This document shows positions 50,815-59,414 of a stretch of DNA of 64,000 nt, in pieces. Below the pieces are notes generated by a model. It saw only the letters and a program-made list of their open reading frames with translations, was not told where the DNA came from and searched no databases. Origin of the DNA: an uncultured Thermoleophilaceae bacterium (GTDB taxonomy: Bacteria; Actinomycetota; Thermoleophilia; Solirubrobacterales; Thermoleophilaceae); NCBI GenBank assembly GCA_963811055.1, contig CAWEPQ010000001.1:60390-124389 (forward strand), in the 5' to 3' direction. Both the position numbers and the translations under genes were made by a program. Numbering within the stretch: position 1 is the first letter of the stretch; the number at the start of each line of letters is the position of its first letter.

Positions 50815-52638
50815 ATGTCCGCTGGCCCGCGGAGGAAGCGAACGGCCGCCGCTTCGGTTGCCGTCGCAGTGCTCTCCGGACTCGTGGCCGTGGCCGCGTG
50901 GGGGGCGAAGGACGATCTGGCCCTGGTCAGCCGCGTGAGCGGCGCCAACGGCGCCGCGGCGAACGGCTCGTCGAGCTCCGCGAGCGCCTCCGCGAGCGGT
51001 CGGTACGTGGCGTTCCAGTCCAACGCCGCCAACCTCAGCGGCGAGGACGAGGACCCGGTCTACGACGTCTTCGTACGCGATGTGGAGACGAACGTCCTCA
51101 CCCTCGCGAGCCGCGTGACGGGGGCCGGCGGAGCGGGCGGGGCCGACCATTCGTCGGCTCCATCGATCTCGGCCGACGGACGCTACGTGGCCTTCGTCTC
51201 GATCGCCGACAACCTCAGCACGGAGGACAACAACTCGTACAACAACATCTTCGTCCGCGACCTCCAGGAGAACACGACCACCCTCGTGAGCCGCGCGAGC
51301 GGCGGCGCGGGCACCGGCGCCAACGACTCGTCCTACGACCCCGCGATCTCGGCCGACGGACGCAATGTGACCTACTACTCCTACGCGGACAACCTCAGCA
51401 CGGAGGACAACAACACCTACGCCAACATCTTCGTCCGCGACCTCTCGACGAACACGACCACGCTCGTGAGCCGGGCGGCCGGGGCCACCGGCACGGGCGC
51501 TGACGAGTCGTCGTTCCTTCCCGCGATTTCGGGGAACGGCCGGTACATCGCGTTCCAGTCGAGCGCGAACAACCTCAGCGCCGAGGACAACGACGTCTTC
51601 TACAACATCTACGTTCGCGACGTTCAGGCCGATGTGGTCACCTACGTCAGCCGCGCCGACGGCGCAGCGGGAGCCGCCGGGGACCACAGCTCCTTTACGC
51701 CGTCGATCTCCGACAGCGGGCGCTACGTGAGCTTCACCTCCGACGCGGACAACCTGAGCACCGACGACGACAACACGTATCTCAACATCTTCGTGCGCGA
51801 CCTCACGGGCGGAACCACCACGCTCGTGAGCCGAGCAACCGGGGCTGGCGGCGCCGGACCCAACGACAACGCCGACGACTCCGCGATCTCCGCAGACGGC
51901 CGGCGCGTGGCGTTCGACTCCTCTGCCGACAACCTCAGCTCAGAGGACAACAACGCCTATACGAACGTCTTCGTCCGGGACCTCACCGCGAACACGCTCA
52001 CACTGGCAAGCCGCGCGACCGGGGCGGCGGGCACCGCCGGCGACGCCGACTCGTCCGCGCCCGCTCTCTCCGAGGACGGCCGCTACGTCGCGTTCGCGTC
52101 GGACGCCAACGATCTCAGCGAGGACGACGTGAACACCTACACCAACGTCTTCCTACGCGACATCGGCGCCCCGCCGGGGGGCGGGGGTGGCGGTGGCGGT
52201 GGCGTCATCGACACGACCAAGCCGCGCGTCTCCCGCCTCGGGATGAGCCGCAAGCGCTTCAAGGTCGGCAAGCGGCGCACGCCGATCAGTGCAGCCGTGA
52301 AGACCGGCACCACCTTCCGGTACTCGCTCACAGAGCTCTCGACCGTGCGCATCACCATCGAGCGGGCGCTGCCCGGCCGGCGGGCCCGCAAGCGCTCAGG
52401 TCCCTGCCGCGCACCCAGCAGGAGCCGGGCCAAGAACCGCAAGTGCACCCGCTACAAGCGCTCCGGCACGCTGGTCCGCAAGGCCAAGGGACCTGGCCGG
52501 GTGTCGACGAGCTTCACCGGCCGCATCGGGCGCAAGGCGCTCAAGCCCGGCCGCTATCGCGCCACGCTGCGTGCCACCGACGCCGCGGGCAACCGCTCCA
52601 GCGCCAAGCGCGTCAGCTTCACCGTCGTCGCGCCCTGA
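50815..52638 (+). CDS. secreted PD40/TolB-like beta-propeller repeat protein with Gly9 linker and basic Ig-like C-domain
   Basis: 607-aa ORF. It has a signal peptide and seven 60-aa repeats (LVSRxxGxxGxxxxxSSxxPxISxDGRYVAFxSxAxNLSxEDxNxxxNIFVRDLxxxTTT). A GGGGGGGGG linker follows, then a Lys/Arg-rich domain of about 140 aa. Confidence 0.8.
   Translation: MSAGPRRKRTAAASVAVAVLSGLVAVAAWGAKDDLALVSRVSGANGAAANGSSSSASASASGRYVAFQSNAANLSGEDEDPVYDVFVRDVETNVLTLASRVTGAGGAGGADHSSAPSISADGRYVAFVSIADNLSTEDNNSYNNIFVRDLQENTTTLVSRASGGAGTGANDSSYDPAISADGRNVTYYSYADNLSTEDNNTYANIFVRDLSTNTTTLVSRAAGATGTGADESSFLPAISGNGRYIAFQSSANNLSAEDNDVFYNIYVRDVQADVVTYVSRADGAAGAAGDHSSFTPSISDSGRYVSFTSDADNLSTDDDNTYLNIFVRDLTGGTTTLVSRATGAGGAGPNDNADDSAISADGRRVAFDSSADNLSSEDNNAYTNVFVRDLTANTLTLASRATGAAGTAGDADSSAPALSEDGRYVAFASDANDLSEDDVNTYTNVFLRDIGAPPGGGGGGGGGVIDTTKPRVSRLGMSRKRFKVGKRRTPISAAVKTGTTFRYSLTELSTVRITIERALPGRRARKRSGPCRAPSRSRAKNRKCTRYKRSGTLVRKAKGPGRVSTSFTGRIGRKALKPGRYRATLRATDAAGNRSSAKRVSFTVVAP
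50923..52182 (+). repeat. seven in-frame tandem 180-nt coding repeats
   Basis: The DNA periodicity is 180 nt. For example, GACAACCTCAGCACGGAGGACAACAAC occurs at 51208 and again at 51388, and AACATCTTCGTCCGCGACCTC recurs at the same spacing. Confidence 0.85.
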
Positions 52639-52677
52639 GCCCTTTCCGCCGACGGGGGCCGGCGCTAGCCTCGGCGG

Positions 52678-53892
52678 GTGTCCCGGGGCCGCCGCCTGCT
52701 GATCGCCCTGCTCGTGACCGTGGCCGCCGGCGCTGCCGTGGTCGGGGCTGTGCTCGGCGCGGGCCAGGACGACACCTCTGAACCGGCCAGCCCCAAGCCG
52801 GCGGGCCGGTCGCTTCTGGCGGGAATCGTGCCCCGGCCCTCCAAGCGCGAGCGCGACGCCGAGCCGCCCCCCGTCCCGCGCAGCGCCTCCGACGCGGTCC
52901 GCTCGCTCTCGCTCGAGCGCAAGGTGGCCCAGCTCTTTCTCGTGGGGTTCGAGGGCACCGATCTGAACGCGGAGATCTTCCAGCGCCTGCGCCGGCTCGA
53001 CCTGGGCGGGATCGTGATCGGAGCGCAGAACTACACCAGCTCCGACCTGCTCGGCCAGCTCGCCGGCGAGACGCGGGTGATCGCCGACGAGGAGGGCCAC
53101 GTACGGCCCTTCGCCATGGTGAGCCAGCCCGGCGGCGAGCTCAACTCGTTCCCCGACCTGCCGCCGCCCACTGCGCCCGCGGACCTGGAGTCGGCGGATG
53201 CGGCCGGCGCCGAGGCGGGCGAGTCCGCCGGCGCACTCGCGGCGCTGGGCGTGACCGGGGTGATCGGTCCCGCCCTGGACGTGAGCCCGGAGGGCGGCTC
53301 CGCTCTCGGGGCGCTCGCGTACTCGGACAACCCGGCGGAGGTGGCGGCGTTCGCGGACGCGGAGCTGGCCGCCTACGGCGAGGCCGGGCTGTTCACCGCC
53401 GTGGGGCATTTCCCCGGTCTCGGCTCGGCCGACCAGTCCACCGACGACGGCCCCGCCAGCGTGGGCCTGGGCCTGCCCGAGCTGCGCGAACGCGACCTGC
53501 TCCCGTTCCGGGCGGCCATCGAGGACGGAGCGCCTGCCTTCGTCCTCAGCCACGCGCTCTATCCGATGAACGACTTCACCGCGCCGGGATCGCTCTCGAG
53601 CGAGGTGGCCACCGACCTCCTGCGCGACGAGCTCGGCTACCAGGGTGTGGCGATCACCGACGACCTGGCCGCGCCCGCGGTGGAGATCGCCGCCTCGGTA
53701 CCCGACGCGGCGGTGGAGGCACTCCGGGCGGGCGCCGACATGCTGATGATCTCCGGGCCCGCGGAGGACCAGGAGGCCGCCTACGACGCCGTTCTGGCGG
53801 CGGTCACACGCGGGCGGATCTCGCGCTCACGGCTCGACCAGGCGGTGGGCCGGATCCTGGCGGCCAAGGAGGACTACGGCCTGCTCGGCTAG
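52678..53892 (+). CDS. glycoside hydrolase family 3 N-terminal domain protein (NagZ-like beta-N-acetylhexosaminidase)
   Basis: 404-aa ORF with an N-terminal TM or signal segment. It has KVAQLFLVGFEG and GHFPGLG..D motifs. Confidence 0.8.
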   Translation: MSRGRRLLIALLVTVAAGAAVVGAVLGAGQDDTSEPASPKPAGRSLLAGIVPRPSKRERDAEPPPVPRSASDAVRSLSLERKVAQLFLVGFEGTDLNAEIFQRLRRLDLGGIVIGAQNYTSSDLLGQLAGETRVIADEEGHVRPFAMVSQPGGELNSFPDLPPPTAPADLESADAAGAEAGESAGALAALGVTGVIGPALDVSPEGGSALGALAYSDNPAEVAAFADAELAAYGEAGLFTAVGHFPGLGSADQSTDDGPASVGLGLPELRERDLLPFRAAIEDGAPAFVLSHALYPMNDFTAPGSLSSEVATDLLRDELGYQGVAITDDLAAPAVEIAASVPDAAVEALRAGADMLMISGPAEDQEAAYDAVLAAVTRGRISRSRLDQAVGRILAAKEDYGLLG

Positions 53893-55940
53893 AGCGCCAC
53901 GAGCTCCACGCGGTTGTCGTTGAAGATCGGCGCATGGCCCTGCTCGGTGAGCCGCTGCGAGGTGGTGGCCTGGCCGCTGCGGCCGCCCTCGTAGTCGCGG
54001 TTCCACCATCCCATCGGCGCCACCAGCACGCCGGGACGGGCGTCGTCCGACACCCGCGCCGCGCAGGTGAAGTCGCCGCGGTCGTTGTACACCCGCACGC
54101 GGGTTCCGTCCGCGATGCCGCGCTCGAGGGCATCGTCGGGGTGCACGCACACCGTCGGCTCCGGCTGCGCCGAGTGCTGGCGGCCCTGGTTGGCGAAGGT
54201 GGAGTTGAGGAAGAGGTGCGTCTTCGGTGTGACGAGGGCCAGCGGGAAGCGCTCCGCCAGCGCCGCGTCGGCCACCTCGAGCGGCGGCTCGTAGCGGCCG
54301 TGGAGGGTGGCGCGCCCGTCGGCCGTGCCGAACCCGCCCTCCGCGTGCGGCGTGCTGCCCTGACCCAGGTCGATCTTGAGCCATCCGCGCTCGCGCAGCT
54401 CCACCACGCGATCGGCCACCGCCGGCGAGCCGCTGAGCATCGTCTCGATCATCTCCTCGTCGCTCTCGCGGAAGGCGGGCGCGTCCAGGCCCAGGCGGGC
54501 GGCCAGCAGCCGGAACGCCTCCGTGTTGGGCTTGGCCTCCCCCACCGGCTCCACCGCCGCCTCGTTCCAGGTCACGTAGTGGTGGCCCCAGGAGAACACC
54601 ACGTCCGTGTGCTCGAGCTGCGTGGTGGCGGGAAGCACCACGTCGGCGTGGATGGCCGTGTCGGTCATGAACTGCTCGAGCACGACGGTGAACAGGTCCT
54701 CGCGCATGAGGCCCTCGAGCACGCGCTCCTGGTCCGGGGCGATCGACGCCGGGTTCGAGTTCCAGCACACCAGCGCCTTGACGGGCGGGTCGAGCGAGGT
54801 ATCGGTGAGGGCATCGCCCAGCTGGGACATGTTGATGGTCCTGACCGGGTGCGGGAGCAGCTCGTGGCCCTCCAGCGGGTACGAGCTCACGGCCGCCGCG
54901 GTGGCCATCGGGATGTAGGAGCAGCCCCCACCGCGCTCGCGCCAGGCGCCCGTGAGCACAGGCAGCGATGCGATCGTGGAGTAGGCGGCCGGAGCGCCGA
55001 GATGGCGCTGGGCGCCGACCCCGAGGCGCAGCAGCGCCGGGCTGGTGGTGGCGAAGTCACGGCCCGTGCGCGCGATCGTGTCGGCATCCACGCCGCAGAT
55101 CTCCGCGCAGCGCTCGACGGGGTGGTCGGCGAGGACCTCGAGCAGCTCGTCGTACCCATTCGAGTGTGCGCGGCACCAGTCCTCGTCCTGGAGGCCGGCG
55201 TCCACCACCGCGCGCATCATCCCGATCGCCAGCGCGGCGTCGGTACCGGGGATCGGGCGCAGGTGCTCGTCGGCCACCCGCGCGGTGCGGCTGCGGAACG
55301 GGTCCACCACCACCAGCCGGGCCCCGGCGCGGCGGGCCTCGAGCAGCTTGCGCCACAGGTGGGGTGCCGTGGACATCGGATTCCAGCCCCAGATCAGTAG
55401 ATGGCGCGCGTGGTGCCACTCGTCGGGGTCCACCTCGGGCGAGATGCCGTGTGTGCCCGCCGCGCCCACCATGCCGGCCGTGGCGCAGATCGTGCGCTCG
55501 AGCGAGGTGGCCCCGAGCGCGTGCATCACGCGGGCGCTCATGGTGTTGCCCTGGATCAGGCCCTGCGTGCCGGCGTAGCTGTAGGGCAGGATCGCCTCGC
55601 CGCCGTGGTCGTCACGCACACGGGTGAGCTCGTGCGCCACGCGGTCGAGCGCCTCGTCCCACGAGACCTGGCGGAAACGGCCCTCGCCCTTCGCGCCGTC
55701 GCGCACAAGAGGGTGCAGCAGCCGGTCGCCGGCGTACACGCGGTCGAGGTAGTTCGACACCTTGCCGCATAGGAATCCGGCCGTGATGGGGTGCTCTGGA
55801 TCTCCGTCCACCTGCACCGCCCGGCCGTCCTCGACGGTCACGAGCATCGCGCAGGTGTCGGGACAGTCGTGCGGGCACGCTGCGTGGACCACGCGAGAAG
55901 CCATGGGCTGCATAGTCCCGCGCCCCGCCGGCCGGCGCAA
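53889..55940 (-). CDS. molybdopterin-dependent oxidoreductase (DMSO reductase superfamily, cytoplasmic)
   Basis: 683-aa ORF with an N-terminal 4Fe-4S motif (CPHDCPDTC..C). The rest has a MopB-type body and a C-terminal beta-barrel. The start may be a later Met (MASRVV). Confidence 0.85.
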   Translation of the reverse strand: MRRPAGRGTMQPMASRVVHAACPHDCPDTCAMLVTVEDGRAVQVDGDPEHPITAGFLCGKVSNYLDRVYAGDRLLHPLVRDGAKGEGRFRQVSWDEALDRVAHELTRVRDDHGGEAILPYSYAGTQGLIQGNTMSARVMHALGATSLERTICATAGMVGAAGTHGISPEVDPDEWHHARHLLIWGWNPMSTAPHLWRKLLEARRAGARLVVVDPFRSRTARVADEHLRPIPGTDAALAIGMMRAVVDAGLQDEDWCRAHSNGYDELLEVLADHPVERCAEICGVDADTIARTGRDFATTSPALLRLGVGAQRHLGAPAAYSTIASLPVLTGAWRERGGGCSYIPMATAAAVSSYPLEGHELLPHPVRTINMSQLGDALTDTSLDPPVKALVCWNSNPASIAPDQERVLEGLMREDLFTVVLEQFMTDTAIHADVVLPATTQLEHTDVVFSWGHHYVTWNEAAVEPVGEAKPNTEAFRLLAARLGLDAPAFRESDEEMIETMLSGSPAVADRVVELRERGWLKIDLGQGSTPHAEGGFGTADGRATLHGRYEPPLEVADAALAERFPLALVTPKTHLFLNSTFANQGRQHSAQPEPTVCVHPDDALERGIADGTRVRVYNDRGDFTCAARVSDDARPGVLVAPMGWWNRDYEGGRSGQATTSQRLTEQGHAPIFNDNRVELVAL

Positions 55941-55945
55941 GGGGC

Positions 55946-56707
55946 CTAGCCGGCGCCCACGTGTTCGAGCGCGTCTGGATGGGCGCTCAGGTAGTCCGCC
56001 AGCGAGGCCGGGGCGTGGCCAGCCAGGCGCTCCACCTCGCTAGTCACCAGCTCCACCTCACCCGCTGCGATCCCGGAGTAGGAGCTCACCCACGCCTCCA
56101 CCTCCCAGTCGGGCGCTCCGTAGTGCGCTCGCGACGCGTACGCCTCCTCGAGCGTCTCGTTGCGGAAGACGATCGACTTGCCCGATGCGCGGCTCATCTC
56201 CTCCGCGGCTTCCTCGAGGGTGAAGGCCAGCCGTCGCCCGCCGGGCCCGCGATCACGCCCTCGGCAGAGGCCATGAACGGGAAGAAGTCGGTGAACAGGC
56301 TCATGCGGACGAACGTGAACGGCAGGCCGGTGGCCCGTACGGCCTGCTCCGTGGCCCAGTGGTGGCGGCCCAGCGTGAAGACGGCGTCCGGCGCAGCGCC
56401 CAGGAACGACAGATAGACGAGCCGGCCGACACCCGCGGCCGCCGCGGCGTTCGCCGCGGTGACGTGCTGCTCGATGCGGTCGGCGGACTCGGAGGCGGGA
56501 ATCAGGGAAGACCGTGTCCGCGCCCTCGAACGCGGCGCGCATCTCGTCGGCGTGGCCGTACCGGGAAGCCTGCCGCACCTCGGCTCCCGGGATGCCGGGC
56601 GCGCGGGCCGGATCGCGCACGACCATCCGCAGCTCCTCGCCGCGGCCGGCCAGAAGGTGCGACACACCGCTGCCCACGCCGCCGCTGGCGCCGGTGACCG
56701 CGATCAC
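55946..56707 (-). pseudogene. NmrA-like NAD(P)H-binding protein with compensating +1/-1 frameshift pair
   Basis: ORF 55946..56707 starts MIAVTGASGGVGS and ends with a good C-terminus, but its central 92 or so codons are Arg-rich nonsense. The conserved middle (LIPASESADRIEQHVTAANAAAAAGVGRLVYLSFLGA..GVIAGPAGDG) lies in the frame of ORF 56194..56667. Confidence 0.8.
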
Positions 56708-57303
56708 AGCGCCAGACGGCCCCGGAACGCTCTGCCCAGCGTGATCTCGTCGGCGTACTCCAGGTCGGAGCCCACGGGCAGGCCGCTCGCGAGCCGGGTG
56801 ACCGCCACCTCGGGCGCGCGTTCGCGCAGCGAGTCCGCGAGGTAGAGCGCCGTGGCCTCGCCCGTGGTCGTGGCGTTGGTGGCGATCACGACCTCGCGCA
56901 CACCGTTGCCCGAGGCGCGGTCGAGCAGCTCGGTGATGTGGAGGTGCTCGGGGTCCACGCCGTCGATCGGGGAGAGCGCTCCACCGAGCACGTGGTAGCG
57001 GCCGTGGAACTCGCCCGAGCGCTCGAGCGGAATCACGTCGCTCGGCTGCTCGACCACACAGATCGTGGTCGGCTCGCGGCGCTCGTCCTGGCAGATCCGG
57101 CAGGTGGCCTCGGTGGCGAGGTTGAAGCAGATCTCACACTGGCCCACCGTCTCCTTGACCTCGCGGATGGCGTCGGCCAGCGCCAGCGCCTCCTCGTCGG
57201 ACACGCTCAGGATGTGGAACGCCAGTCGCTGAGCCGTGCGCTGGCCGATGCTCGGCAGGCGGGCGAGCTCGGCGATCAGCCGGTTGACCGGCGCCGCGAA
57301 CAA
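56704..57303 (-). CDS. recR: recombination protein RecR
   Basis: 199-aa ORF with an HhH motif, the Cys4 finger CEICFNLATEATCRIC and a Toprim domain. Confidence 0.95.
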   Translation of the reverse strand: MFAAPVNRLIAELARLPSIGQRTAQRLAFHILSVSDEEALALADAIREVKETVGQCEICFNLATEATCRICQDERREPTTICVVEQPSDVIPLERSGEFHGRYHVLGGALSPIDGVDPEHLHITELLDRASGNGVREVVIATNATTTGEATALYLADSLRERAPEVAVTRLASGLPVGSDLEYADEITLGRAFRGRLAL

Positions 57304-57309
57304 CTCGTC

Positions 57310-57648
57310 TTAGAGCCCGGGGAGTCCCAGGTTGCCGAGGTCGCCGGCGAGGCCGCCGGTGGCCGCGCCCATCTTGCTCGCGGCCAGCTCCTGGGCTGAG
57401 CGGAAGGCCTCGTTGACCGCGGCCTGGATCATGTCCTGGAGCAGCTCCACGTCATCCTGGTCCACCGCCTCGGGGTCGATAATGAGCTCCCGCAGCTCGA
57501 GCGAGCCGGAGACCTTGACGGTGACCATCCCACCGCCGGCGCTGGCCTCCACGACCTCGCTCTTCAGCTGCTGCTCGGCCTTGGCCATCTCGGCCTGCAT
57601 CTGCTGAACCTGCTTCATCATCTGTCCCAGATTGGGCTGTCCCGGCAT
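57310..57648 (-). CDS. ybaB: YbaB/EbfC nucleoid-associated protein
   Basis: ATG 57648 within the frame of ORF 57310..59538. 112 aa, starting MPGQPNLGQMMKQVQQMQAEMAKAEQQL. It lies between dnaX and recR, as is typical. Confidence 0.9.
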   Translation of the reverse strand: MPGQPNLGQMMKQVQQMQAEMAKAEQQLKSEVVEASAGGGMVTVKVSGSLELRELIIDPEAVDQDDVELLQDMIQAAVNEAFRSAQELAASKMGAATGGLAGDLGNLGLPGL

Positions 57649-57650
57649 GG

Positions 57651-59306
57651 CTACTCCTCGTCCTCGAAGACCTCTTCGGCGGCGAACTCCGCACGGAGCC
57701 GCTCGATCAGCTCTGCCTCGTCGAGAGTAGTCGGCTCGGCCTGCGGACCGCCGTCGCGGAGCTCGTAGACCACGGCCATGGCGCTGCCCGTGAGCCCGCG
57801 CACGGCCTGTTGCACGAGGTCCGTGTTGGCCTCCGCCTTCTTCTTCACGAACGCCGCGTCCGCGGGGAAGGCCACCGTCAGGCGATCGCCCTCGAGGCTC
57901 ACCGGGCGGGCGGCGCCGAGCGCGGCCCCCAGCATCCCGTTCTCCTCGGCCACCGCCTGGCCGACCGCCGGCCAGAGAGCGAGCACCTGCTCCAGCTCGA
58001 CCGCGGTGACCGGCTCGGCCGCCTCCTCCACCGCCACGGCGGTCGCGGCCTGGCCGCCCGCCACGCGCGATGCGCCGGTGGCCCGCGGCGCACCGCCGCC
58101 GCTCGGCGGAGCCGGCGGCTCCGGTTTGGGCGCCGCCGGCGTTGGCGCAGGGCGCTCCGGCGCGGCGCCCAGCGCCGACTCGAGCTGCTCGATGCGGTGC
58201 ATGAGCGCCTGTAGCGAGAGGTCCGCGCTCGGCTGGGTGGCCTTGAGCAGCGCCATCTCCAGCTGGATCCGCGGCTCGGAGCCGTCCTTCACGGCCGCTA
58301 TCGCCGCGGCGAGGAAGTCGATGGCGCGCAGCAGCTCGCCCTGCGACACGCGCTCGGCCTGCGACGCGAGCCGCTCCGTGTGGTCCGCCGTGACCGAGAA
58401 CGAGTCGGGCACCTCGCCGAGCGTCTGAACCACGAACAGGTGGCGCAGGTGCGCCGAGAGGTCGCGCATGAACTGGGTGATGTCGCGGCCGGAGTCCGAC
58501 AGTGCCTTGACCGTGAGGAGAGCCTTCTTGGGATCGTGGTCCGCCAGCGACTCGGCGGCGTCGAGCACGAGCTCCGCGTCGGCCACGCCGAGGATGTCCA
58601 TCACGTCCTCGAGCTTGACCTCGGCGCCCCCGTAGGTCACCAGCTGCTCGAGCGTGCCGAGCGCGTCGCGGAAGCTGCCGGTGGCGGCCCGCGCCAGCAT
58701 GCCCACGGCGGCGGGGGGCAGCTCGATCTCCTCCTCTGCCGCCACGCGATCCAGCACGCCGGCGATCTGCTCCAGGGAAGGGCGGCGGAAGTCGAAGCGG
58801 TGGCAGCGGTCCACGATCGTGGCCGGCACCTTGTGGGCCTCTGTCGTGGCGAGCACGAACACCACGTGGGAGGGCGGCTCCTCCAGGGTCTTGAGGAAGG
58901 CGTTCCAGGCGGCCGCCGAGAGCATGTGCGCCTCGTCCAGGATGTAAATGCGCTTGCCGCCCTGCATCGGGGCGAGCGCCACGTTCTCGCGCAGCTCGCG
59001 GATGTCGTCCACCGAGTTGTTCGAGGCGGCGTCCATCTCCACCACGTCGAGCGAGGTGCCTCCGAGGATCGCCTTGGCCGTGGGGGTGGCGGGGTCGAAA
59101 TCGGCCGACGGCCCGCCGTCGGCGTTGAGAGCGCAGGCCAGCAGCTTGGCCATCGACGTCTTGCCGGTACCCCGCGAGCCCACGAACAGGTAGGCGTGGT
59201 GCACCTTGTCGAGCTCGATGGCGTTCCGCAGCGTGCGGACGATGTGCTCTTGGCCGACCACCTGCTGGAAGGTGCGGGGGCGGTGGCGGCGGTAGAGGGA
59301 GAGCAT
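57651..59306 (-). CDS. dnaX: DNA polymerase III subunit gamma/tau
   Basis: 551-aa ORF with FQQVVGQEH and Walker A (GSRGTGKTS). It has clamp-loader domains I-III and a Pro/Ala-rich linker. Confidence 0.95.
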   Translation of the reverse strand: MLSLYRRHRPRTFQQVVGQEHIVRTLRNAIELDKVHHAYLFVGSRGTGKTSMAKLLACALNADGGPSADFDPATPTAKAILGGTSLDVVEMDAASNNSVDDIRELRENVALAPMQGGKRIYILDEAHMLSAAAWNAFLKTLEEPPSHVVFVLATTEAHKVPATIVDRCHRFDFRRPSLEQIAGVLDRVAAEEEIELPPAAVGMLARAATGSFRDALGTLEQLVTYGGAEVKLEDVMDILGVADAELVLDAAESLADHDPKKALLTVKALSDSGRDITQFMRDLSAHLRHLFVVQTLGEVPDSFSVTADHTERLASQAERVSQGELLRAIDFLAAAIAAVKDGSEPRIQLEMALLKATQPSADLSLQALMHRIEQLESALGAAPERPAPTPAAPKPEPPAPPSGGGAPRATGASRVAGGQAATAVAVEEAAEPVTAVELEQVLALWPAVGQAVAEENGMLGAALGAARPVSLEGDRLTVAFPADAAFVKKKAEANTDLVQQAVRGLTGSAMAVVYELRDGGPQAEPTTLDEAELIERLRAEFAAEEVFEDEE

Positions 59307-59414
59307 CGGGGCGTCCCATGCTAGCCGGGGAGCGGACGGCGCTATCGGTACCCCCTTGTGGGGTGCCCGACCCCCCGGTTAGGCTCGCCCGGGTCCACAA
59401 CGGAGGGGGTGGCA

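Noticed and set aside
50923-52182. Regular 180-nt periodic repeats that could superficially suggest a CRISPR or other repeat array.
   Set aside because: The repeats are contiguous with no unique spacers, are in frame, and encode seven PD40-type propeller blades within one ORF that has a signal peptide.
52165-52200. G-rich tract (GGGGGGCGGGGGTGGCGGTGGCGGTGGC) as a phase-variation or G-quadruplex switch.
   Set aside because: It encodes an in-frame Gly9 linker using mixed GGG/GGC/GGT codons. The longest pure G run is 6, and only two runs have three or more G, so slippage or a stable G4 is unlikely.
57651-59306. Programmed -1 ribosomal frameshift in dnaX (gamma/tau), as in E. coli.
   Set aside because: No A AAA AAG-type slippery heptamer with a downstream hairpin was seen in the linker region. 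The frameshifts elsewhere in the window are in unrelated genes and lack slippery sites.
59307-59414. SRP RNA (ffs), which often lies just upstream of dnaX.
   Set aside because: Neither strand of the spacer contains the conserved domain IV core (..GGUCCGGAAGGAAGCAGC..-like). The spacer is also largely taken up by the phoD promoter and ribosome-binding region.
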